Origin: Phycisphaerae bacterium
Lineage (GTDB): Bacteria > Planctomycetota > Phycisphaerae > UBA1845 > Fen-1342
Direction of reading: 5' to 3'
DNA: 14,471 nucleotides
Assembly (NCBI GenBank): GCA_050115495.1
Contig: JASFQK010000065.1
Span: 1 to 14,471 of the forward strand
Shown here: in pieces, positions 7,806 through 14,471 of the stretch
Numbering within the stretch: the stretch's first letter is position 1
How the letters are laid out: each line of letters starts with the position of its first letter
The notes under the pieces: model-generated
The model's input: only the letters and a program-made list of their open reading frames with translations
The model's database searches: none
What the model was told of the DNA's origin: nothing
Position numbers and translations under genes: made by a program

Positions 7806-7879
7806 TGGCTCCCGGTCCGTACAGGGGACCGGGAGCCGGCCCCACGTTCGCGGGCCTGCACACCACGAACGCAGGGCGA
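7806..7879 (+). repeat. 74-bp structured intergenic repeat, copy 2
   Basis: Copy of 6870..6943 at a similar distance after the stop codon (~83 vs ~89 nt); hairpin GGCTCCCGGTCC-GTACAGG-GGACCGGGAGCC. Confidence 0.85.
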
Positions 7880-8065
7880 TGCAGTGAGCGGCGACTTCGG
7901 GCATCGTGCGTACGGCCCCGCTCCTGGAAACCGCCGAACGGCACGTGCCCGCTGTCGCGCGCGCCGTGCCGGAAGCGATGGACACCGCATATCCTACGCC
8001 CTGCCGAGTCAAGCCGGTAGGGCGAGGCCCGTCCCCTCAAGTCATCAGCCGGCGGCGGATAGCAC

Positions 8066-8212
8066 GTACAGCGGGCCGTGCCCGCCGATCGCCGCCGGTC
8101 AAGTTTTCGACAAGCCCCACCCACTAATCAATCGCTGCCGGCCACCTGCGCGTGGGCCATAGTCCACCTAGGCCGACACGTGCCCGGAGCTGGCGGGCAC
8201 GACCCACCCCAC
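8066..8212. repeat. REP doublet D between convergent genes
   Basis: GTACAGCGGGCCGTGCCCGCC (8066-8086) and inverted GGCGGGCACGACCCACCCCAC (8192-8212). Confidence 0.7.
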
Positions 8213-8256
8213 CCTCGCCAGGCCATAGCCGGGAGCGACGGTCCCCTCCCCCTCGG

Positions 8257-10569
8257 TCATCGTTCGCAGAGCAGGCTTACAAACGGGCCGACATCGAAGT
8301 TGTTCAGCGCCCCGTCACCGTTGATGTCGCCGTTCGCGATGCCGCAGCCCGGGTAGGCCAGGGCATAGCCCGTCGGGTCTGTCAACGCCAGCGCGAACGG
8401 CGCAATGTCGAAGTTGTCCACGCCGCCGTCGCAGTTCATGTCGCCGGGCAGCACGTATTGCATGACGATCAGGCCCTTACTCACCAACGCAACGTAGATG
8501 TAGCAGCCGTCCACCAGCACGGATCGAGCCGCGCACAGCAGGGTCTTGGTCACGACGGTCGGGGTCTGCGGGTCTGAAACATCGAGCACGAACAGCGTCG
8601 TGCGGTTTAGGTTGTCCGGGTCGTCACCAGTGAAATAGGCGAAGTTGCCCTGGAGGGCCACGCCATACGCGCGGTAAGTCGGGAAGTAATTCAGGCGCAC
8701 GGGGCTCGCCGGATCAGCGACGTCGTAGATGTGCAGTCCACCGTAGCCAGGCTCGCAAAGCTCGTTGGCGGCGTAGACAACATCGCCGGAGCGAGCAAGA
8801 TCCACGCCGCCGGGGTGACAGTCGAAGAGCAGCTCGGGGTCGTTCGGATCGACCGTGCTCACCGTCGCCAGGCCGCCGCCGCCGCCACTCAGCCACCCGA
8901 TGGCGCCGATTCCGGCGGGAGACACGTCGATCGACAGGGGCGGGCCGATGAGCGCGACGGAACCCTGTTGGACGAGAATGCTGTGGTTGATGATGCGGAA
9001 GTTCATCATCAAGCCGCCGGAGCCCGTGTTGACGCCGACATGCGCCGTGTTCTCTCCAAGCTCCATGGCCACAGCGGACGCGGCGGAACTGGAGAACCGA
9101 GCCGATCCAGCCAGCACGGGGTTGGCTGCGTCATTGACATTCACGACGTCGATCCCGGAGTAGCCAGCCGAAAGATACGCGAAGCCGTCGCGCACCTTAA
9201 TACCCCAGTTATGCAGCCCGTCGGGAGCCGTCTGGTACACGCCATTCACCAAGGGCGTGCCGTGCTCGGCGACGTCCAGGACGGTGAAGCCGTTCCAAGT
9301 GTCAGTGATATAGAGCTGGTCGCCGACCTTGTCCATCCGCTGCAGTTCCGCCGGGCTGTGCCAGCCGCCTAGTCGAGTGAGGCCGCGGTCACCCCAGAGG
9401 CTGAGGATAACCAAGCCCTCGCCTCGATCCATGGCGTACGCGCGATCGCCGAAGACCTCAACGCCGCTGACGGCTCCGTGGAATTCGTACGCGCCGATTT
9501 GCTGCGGCGCGCCGGGGGCCGTGGCAATATCGAACACACGCAGTGCGCTGCAGTGCCCGTCCCAGGGCGTCGTGTTGCCGTCTTCCGCCACGTACGCCAA
9601 GCCGCCATGTAACGCCGCATCCGCGGCCCGCCCGGCAAAGTCGTCGCCGTCGAAGCTGCCGGCGACAAACGGCGCCTCCGGCTCCGAGACGTCCACGACC
9701 GCAACGCGTTCGTATCCATAGCTGTGCACATAGCTGTGTATGGTCACACACGCCAGGTCGCCCTCGACATCGATGGCGAGCCCTTTCTCATGAACCTCGG
9801 TGAACAGAGGAATTCGCACGCTGCCGAGCACGTAGGGCGTCAGGTTAAGCGGATCGATGGTGACGTCCGCGATCTTGACACCGGCAGCCGAGTTGCCATC
9901 GAACGCGTCGTACAAGATATAGATGAGGCCGTTTTTGATGACGAAGTCGGCAATGTTGGGTGTGTCACGAATCGCGTTTCCCCGCCAGATCGGGTTCCGT
10001 GGATCGCTGATATCGAAGCCCTGAAGGTCGTCATTGTTGCGCACGTACGCGAAATCGCCGTTCAGACGCACCTGGTCGGCCCTGCGGGTCCATATGCGTG
10101 TGCTGCACCAGACGAGCTGCGGATCGGTCGGGTCGGCCACATCCACCACGGCGAGCCGCCCCATGGCAACGTACGCCAGGCCGTCCCGGACGACCACGTC
10201 GGCGATGTCGCCAAGTATATCTAGATCCCCGTTCGGGTCTGCCACGGCCGCCACATCAATCGACCCGAGTTCAATGATGTTCGCCGGGTCCGCCACGTTT
10301 AGGATGACCAGTCGCCGACCCGCGGCCACGTAGGCGATGTCGGGGTCGGCGGCTTCGTCGATGAACACGCTGTTCACCACCCCGCCCCACACGCCGAGCA
10401 GCTCGAGCCGCCCGTCGGCCGGCGCCGGATCCACGCAAAGCAGGCCAGCGAAGGCGAACGCCGCCAGGAGGGCACCGAGCGTGCCCCCACGCAGCGACCT
10501 GGATCTGGCCGCCGCTCGCCCGTGATTGTACTCTCCCGACGTCATCGCGATGCTGTCCAGCTTGTGCAT
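8257..10569 (-). CDS. LVIVD-repeat beta-propeller exported protein with a C-terminal dockerin-like (EF-hand pair) domain, ~770 aa
   Basis: GGAG before ATG 10569; hydrophobic signal LGALLAAFAFAGLLC; many AYVA...L.V.DV.DP..P repeats; C-terminus PGDMNCDGGVDNFDI...GDINGDGALNNFDVGPFV. The ORF-track extension to 11217 looks non-coding. Confidence 0.92.
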   Translation of the reverse strand: MHKLDSIAMTSGEYNHGRAAARSRSLRGGTLGALLAAFAFAGLLCVDPAPADGRLELLGVWGGVVNSVFIDEAADPDIAYVAAGRRLVILNVADPANIIELGSIDVAAVADPNGDLDILGDIADVVVRDGLAYVAMGRLAVVDVADPTDPQLVWCSTRIWTRRADQVRLNGDFAYVRNNDDLQGFDISDPRNPIWRGNAIRDTPNIADFVIKNGLIYILYDAFDGNSAAGVKIADVTIDPLNLTPYVLGSVRIPLFTEVHEKGLAIDVEGDLACVTIHSYVHSYGYERVAVVDVSEPEAPFVAGSFDGDDFAGRAADAALHGGLAYVAEDGNTTPWDGHCSALRVFDIATAPGAPQQIGAYEFHGAVSGVEVFGDRAYAMDRGEGLVILSLWGDRGLTRLGGWHSPAELQRMDKVGDQLYITDTWNGFTVLDVAEHGTPLVNGVYQTAPDGLHNWGIKVRDGFAYLSAGYSGIDVVNVNDAANPVLAGSARFSSSAASAVAMELGENTAHVGVNTGSGGLMMNFRIINHSILVQQGSVALIGPPLSIDVSPAGIGAIGWLSGGGGGLATVSTVDPNDPELLFDCHPGGVDLARSGDVVYAANELCEPGYGGLHIYDVADPASPVRLNYFPTYRAYGVALQGNFAYFTGDDPDNLNRTTLFVLDVSDPQTPTVVTKTLLCAARSVLVDGCYIYVALVSKGLIVMQYVLPGDMNCDGGVDNFDIAPFALALTDPTGYALAYPGCGIANGDINGDGALNNFDVGPFVSLLCER

Positions 10570-10910
10570 CCCGTTGCTCCCATGTTCTTGTTGGTGGTAC
10601 TGCCCCGTGAAACGTGAACCACTCGCCGCGCTGCGAGTCCCCTCGATCGAAGTCGCCGACCGGCGTTGTTCGCGGATCGCGCCCGTCCGCGTGCGGTCGG
10701 CTGCCTGCGCAAACGCTGCCCGGCGGCCCACCCGTACTGGGCAGGCCGTCCGGGCGTCCCCTATTGTCTGTCGCGAAGGTCGTGCCGAGGCTGAGCACCG
10801 TGCGCCGCGCACGTGGCGTTTGGAGGTCAACACCGTCGCTCTGGGACGAACGTTGTACGGATGCCCGACGGACATGCAGCGCCTCGTTCTTTCCCTCGGC
10901 CTCCAGGTGC

Positions 10911-10940
10911 ACGTTACCGCGCCCGAACGTGGCTTGTCAA
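10911..10940 (-). promoter_or_regulatory. Putative sigma70-type promoter of the LVIVD gene
   Basis: Minus strand TTGACA-N18-TAACGT. Confidence 0.55.
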
Positions 10941-10964
10941 GGACAAATTCGTGTCTCAGACATG
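10933..10964. promoter_or_regulatory. Tandem palindromic operator-like sites (TTGTC-AAG-GACAA and CGTGTC-TCA-GACATG)
   Basis: Two TGTC-N3-GACA palindromes 17 bp apart centre to centre. One overlaps the predicted -35; the other is 13/15 identical to 3608..3622. Confidence 0.6.
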
Positions 10965-11000
10965 TTTGTGATCGACGGGATTTCGAAGAAAATTTAGGCG

Positions 11001-11026
11001 TAAGTCGTTGGGAGAGTCGTCCTTGC
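11001..11026. promoter_or_regulatory. IHF/NAP-like element
   Basis: TAAGTCGTTG...CCTTGC (reverse strand CAA-CGAC-TTA); same TARG-N18-TTRC frame and nearly the same offset from the palindrome as 3658..3683. Confidence 0.4.
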
Positions 11027-11100
11027 GCCGGGTACCCCGGCGACGCCCCAGCAACGGCGACGAAAGGTGTCATAAATATCGGATTCGCGGAGGCGGAAAA

Positions 11101-11121
11101 AGCAGGCACGGACCGCCCTAC
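11101..11121 (-). repeat. Single degenerate REP
   Basis: AGCAGGCACGGACCGCCCTAC vs consensus GGCGGGCACGGCCCGCCCTAC (18/21). Confidence 0.6.
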
Positions 11122-11616
11122 GGCCGCCGCGACGGGCTCGGCGCGCCGGGTCCCCAGCGAGGCGGCGGCGGTCGAGCGGTCGGAACCGGCGTGGCGGACA
11201 TGAAGCTGCGATGTCATGGGTTGAACTCCGGCGCCCTGGGTGCGTCAGGACCTGGCCGGGCGGCGACGTCGCCGGGGAGTGGGAGCGAACGGGCCTGTTG
11301 AAGTCGGCGGGTGCCGAGCTGCCGCCCCTGGGCGCATAAGACGGGCGGCCGGCCGTTGCTCCCACGCTCCTCCCCAACGCCTTGGACGAGGAACGGATCA
11401 ACACAACGGTCGGCCGCCCGCAATCATAGCATCCGCTATGTCGGGCTGCACCAGGTTGCGAGGGCTCGACCGCGTGTCTCTCCCGCCGATGTCCATCTCG
11501 GTCGCCCGGAAGGGACAACCGAGGGCGTTGGGCTCAGCCAGAAAGACCGATTGCTGCGTGTTCGCAGCTTTGCATCACGGATTACGTTGCGATAAGCTTC
11601 CTCCGCAAACAACGAT

Positions 11617-11766
11617 ATAGGGCGGGCCGTGCCCGCCAAACGCAGGTGCGAGAGCGAGCGTGGCCACGGTGCCGAAAGCTCGCTCGCAGCGGAGTCCGAC
11701 GCCGGGCGGGGCACGCCCGGCGAACGTGTGCGCGCGAACAAGGCTGGCGGGCACGACCCGCCCTAC
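11617..11766. repeat. REP doublet E
   Basis: ATAGGGCGGGCCGTGCCCGCC (11617-11637) and inverted GGCGGGCACGACCCGCCCTAC (11746-11766); an internal degenerate copy at 11701-11721. Confidence 0.8.
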
Positions 11767-11858
11767 GTTGCCTGCCGCGACTAGGACGCCCAGAATGACG
11801 CAGTACACACATGCCCCGGTTCGAGCGGGAGGTACTGAGAACATCACGTCCCAGACGA

Positions 11859-11887
11859 AGTGTACCACACGTAGGCTAGGAAAGCAA
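11859..11887 (-). promoter_or_regulatory. Putative leftward sigma70-type promoter divergent from the XRE cluster
   Basis: Minus strand TTGCTT-N17-TACACT with extended -10 TG. Confidence 0.45.
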
Positions 11888-11934
11888 GTCAAAAGCAAAG
11901 TGGGACTTCGCTACACGCCTTTCGGTGGTGGGCG

Positions 11935-12216
11935 GTGCTGATACTGCGCCTTGATAAAGCGATGAAGGACTACCGGCACCGGACGTGCCACAATCTGACG
12001 TGGAAAGAGCTGGCCCGACGCGTTGGCGTAACGCCAGAGGCGCTTCGCATGATGCGCCGGCCCGGCCACAATACGACTCTGCGCCGGATCGAGGCCATCG
12101 CGAGCGAGCTTGGCATCAAGGCGCTGGACCTGCTGGAAGAGGTGCCCGGGTCGCCTGGGGAGGTCGAAGCGAGGAAGCGCAAGGGACGCAGGACACGGCA
12201 GGTGCGCCGAGCATAG
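11935..12216 (+). CDS. Cro/C1 (XRE)-type HTH transcriptional regulator
   Basis: LTWKELARRVGVTPEALRMM...TTLRRIEAIASELGIKALDLLEE; GTG start after GGTGG; basic tail. Confidence 0.85.
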   Translation: MLILRLDKAMKDYRHRTCHNLTWKELARRVGVTPEALRMMRRPGHNTTLRRIEAIASELGIKALDLLEEVPGSPGEVEARKRKGRRTRQVRRA

Positions 12217-12220
12217 CCAT

Positions 12221-12241
12221 GTAAGACGGGGCACGCCCGCC
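12221..12241 (+). repeat. Degenerate REP between XRE1 and XRE2
   Basis: GTAAGACGGGGCACGCCCGCC vs GTAGGGCGGGCCGTGCCCGCC (16/21). Confidence 0.55.
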
Positions 12242-12261
12242 TCGGTATGAGAAGGTGTCCC

Positions 12262-12627
12262 ATGAAACGGGATGAGTCAAGCCGGGATTCCCATTTACTG
12301 GGAGTTTTTGTCCGAAATGTCCGCGCGATTATCAAGCAAAGGCACATTACTCAGGTGATGCTGGCGGAAGGCATTGATGAGCCGTACCACACGGTCAACA
12401 ACTGGCTGACAAAGGCAGCCACGCCAAGCGCGATCGATGCCCTGAGGATCGCCGAGTATCTGCGCGTATCGTTGGATGACCTACATGCCAGGGATCCAGA
12501 GACTGACGAGCGCCTACGCCAGATCTACGATTACGCGGAACGAATCAGCGGGCTCGCACAAGGTGGAATGGGGGCCGGCGCGAAGAAGACGCGGCGGAAA
12601 TCGGCAGGAAGCAAGAAGAAGACGTGA
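12262..12627 (+). CDS. XRE-family HTH transcriptional regulator (~121 aa)
   Basis: RBS GAAGG; FVRNVRAIIKQRHITQVMLAEGIDEPYHTVNNWL...PSAIDALRIAEYLRVSLDDL; Lys-rich tail. Alternative start at 12247. Confidence 0.88.
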   Translation: MKRDESSRDSHLLGVFVRNVRAIIKQRHITQVMLAEGIDEPYHTVNNWLTKAATPSAIDALRIAEYLRVSLDDLHARDPETDERLRQIYDYAERISGLAQGGMGAGAKKTRRKSAGSKKKT

Positions 12628-12633
12628 CGGGAG

Positions 12634-12654
12634 GGCCGGCGCGGTCCGCCCTAC
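12634..12654 (-). repeat. Degenerate inverted REP directly after XRE2
   Basis: GGCCGGCGCGGTCCGCCCTAC vs GGCGGGCACGGCCCGCCCTAC (18/21). Confidence 0.6.
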
Positions 12655-12751
12655 AGCGTCGTACGCCGCACGCCAACCGTACATGGTTGCCCCGCGTACC
12701 GCCTGGGGCCGGACGGGTGTGTCTTCCCTGAACACAAGAGACGCCTAATCC

Positions 12752-13222
12752 ATGAAAGGGCCATTGCCAATCCACGAAGCCAGGAAAGTTGGGTTTGGCA
12801 AGATTGTTCGCACGCGCCGGCTTGCGCGGAATCTCAGGCAGTGGCAGGTCGCCGAGCTGGTCCACGTCACGACGCCGATGGTCAGTGACTGGGAGGGCGG
12901 CGTTCACTTACCCAAGAAGAGCAACCTCCGCAGACTCGTGAAAGCCGTTGCGCAGAATGACGAGGAGGCGAAAGAACTCATATCGGCCTGGCAGAACGCG
13001 CACGGGGGCGCGGACGATGCCGCGGTCGAGGCGGCGACCGAGAAGCTGGCAGCGGCGATCGAACAGGCGAAAGCCGGAAGTCGCCGCGGACCGCACAAGA
13101 GCGAGTATCACCTTGTGCGACGAGAGGACTGGGCGCTCATCCTGCGAGAACAGCGCCGCCTGAAGCGCCTGACCGCCGACCGCAACGAGCCCGATCCCCC
13201 CAACCCGCCCGCAGACACATAA
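12752..13222 (+). CDS. XRE-family HTH protein with a helical C-terminal extension
   Basis: FGKIVRTRRLARNLRQWQVAELVHVTTPMVSDWEGGVHLP.KSNLRRLVKAV. Confidence 0.85.
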   Translation: MKGPLPIHEARKVGFGKIVRTRRLARNLRQWQVAELVHVTTPMVSDWEGGVHLPKKSNLRRLVKAVAQNDEEAKELISAWQNAHGGADDAAVEAATEKLAAAIEQAKAGSRRGPHKSEYHLVRREDWALILREQRRLKRLTADRNEPDPPNPPADT

Positions 13223-13250
13223 ACCGCCCCTGGTTCGGCGGAGTCACATA

Positions 13251-13287
13251 TGCCCACCAAACGCAACTGCGAGCGCGAGCGTGGCCA
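13251..13287 (+). repeat. 37-bp direct repeat of the left part of doublet E (decayed REPIN-like copy)
   Basis: TGCCCACCAAACGCAACTGCGAGCGCGAGCGTGGCCA is 33/37 identical to 11630..11666; possible decayed inverted partner at ~13361-13379. Confidence 0.7.
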
Positions 13288-13580
13288 TCGGCATCTCCCA
13301 AGGAGGACGATGCCCACAACGACCTTCGCTTCGCAACCGGTACGTCGTCTGGCGGGTCCGGGCCAACGCGGCCCGCTACTGGTCACATACGGGGCGCGTT
13401 AACAGAACGGCGGAAACCGCGACGCTTGCGGATGCACCCTGCTTCGCCGATTATTTGCGTCAACCATGCTGGTACGGGTCAGGCGACGGGCTACTGGCCT
13501 GCTGAATGCAAGCCCGCTGACGACGAAGACAGTCACCGCTGTGCGGGGCCGGTGTTTGGCCAGGCCGAACGGACATTCGT

Positions 13581-14345
13581 ATGACCCCGAAACGCTCCAG
13601 TACGCGATCCTCAGATGGTCAAGACCTTTGCACGCGCATTGCCCCTGCCCCTCTCCTAACGCCCGCGGACGTAAAACCCTCTGACCCGCGACTTGAGGTA
13701 GTGGGCGTCCTGAACCCGACGTACGTGGAAATAGAAGGCACCCGGCGCCTAATTGTCAGGGTGGATGAGCGCCCGATCGCCACCGACCAACCCGGCGGCG
13801 CCCATGCTGTGGATGTCAGACCACTGACCGTTGCGCGAATCAAAACCGAGAGCGATCGTCGGATTGAGCTGGTTGATGTAGAAGTTCCCCGTGCGTTCGA
13901 TCCGGACAAGGAACCATTCCTACCAGAATCAGTGCGCGAGGCCAGCGCGGCGAACGGCTCCGAGTTGCTCCTGTCCTACGTCTCGCATTTGAGGTTCGCC
14001 AACTTTCAGGGGAACGGGCTAGTCATTGAGGACATACCGGCAGCTTGTCCCGATGACGTACTAACCCAATACGGCTGCGAAGATCCCAGGGCAACGATCG
14101 TCGAAGGTCGGCCTGTCGTTACCTATACGACAATCAGTCGCTATGGCTCAACGAGTTGGATTGCTAGAATTGACGGAGGCGCCGGCCTCCGGGAGAAAAG
14201 GCTGATTCTCGGTCCTGACCACAAGCACTCAGCTTTGTTTCCTCTGCGCGTGGAGAACTGCTACTGCATGCTCGTTCGGCCGTTGGGGCGTATCTACGTA
14301 AAAGCCAACGGTATTTGGCTTGTTCGCTCTCCTGACCTGGTTCAT
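13581..14345 (+). pseudogene. GH130-like glycosidase/phosphorylase (5-bladed propeller), interrupted by IS256
   Basis: GVLNP, LIVRV, LLSYVSHLR, YGCEDPRAT, TYTTIS, D.K..ALFP, LVRP, IWLVRSPDLVH motifs. Similarity ends exactly where the IS end starts at 14346; the ORF to 14417 is read-through into the IS. Confidence 0.85.
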
Positions 14346-14471
14346 GAGCTATTGTCAAAAGTCGTTGATGGCGTCGTGATCAGGCGGCGGCTTTCTCGGG
14401 TTTTTCTCCGTCGATGAAGCGGACGCTGGCGATCACGTCCGGCAGAAGCTTCGCGCCATTCAGCGTCCGCC
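14346..14471 (-). mobile_element. 3' end of an IS256-family element, inverted copy (transposase tail 14380..14471 on the minus strand)
   Basis: GAGCTATTGTCAAAAGTCGTTG... is the exact reverse complement of 1..125. Confidence 0.85.

Noticed and set aside
5815..8124. Long minus-strand ORFs (5815..7008, 6795..7592, 7129..8124)
   Set aside because: Antisense to well-supported signal-peptide genes.
10570..11217. N-terminal 216 aa of the 986-aa ORF
   Set aside because: Overlaps the predicted promoter, operators and a REP; RBS and signal peptide support a start at 10569.
11935..13222. Toxin-antitoxin or intact prophage immunity region
   Set aside because: No toxin, S24 peptidase domain, ImmA, integrase or divergent cI/cro pair; all three HTH genes are co-oriented.
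14346..14417. C-terminal ELLSKVVDGVVIRRRLSRVFLRR of the 278-aa ORF
   Set aside because: Read-through into the IS256 end, not part of the glycosidase.

Overview
GC-rich bacterial accessory region, most likely Planctomycetota (Phycisphaerae-like), inferred from PEP-CTERM proteins, a dockerin-like tail on an LVIVD protein and a HARE-HTH/DNA-methylase remnant. Both ends carry the same ~125-bp 3' end of an IS256-family element in inverted orientation, probably contig breaks at a repeated IS. From left to right: a decayed prophage/ICE-like module (C-terminal DNA methyltransferase fragment, HARE-HTH gene with a premature amber stop) with a PEP-CTERM gene in its middle; a second PEP-CTERM gene; a REP-rich intergenic region; three tandem secreted, anchorless beta-strand-repeat proteins (two clearly paralogous); a large LVIVD-repeat/dockerin-like protein; three tandem XRE-family HTH genes separated by REP-like elements; and a GH130-like glycosidase cut by the IS. 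Main unexplained signals: (i) a shared promoter architecture (26-bp IHF-like element, ~36 bp, palindrome TGTC-N3-GACA, then sigma70-like -35/-10) before two unrelated exported-protein genes, with a variant palindrome next to the XRE cluster; (ii) GTAG-type REP doublets, one pair tightly enclosing an XRE gene; (iii) a 74-bp hairpin element repeated after two paralogous genes. All family assignments are by eye; no searches were run.
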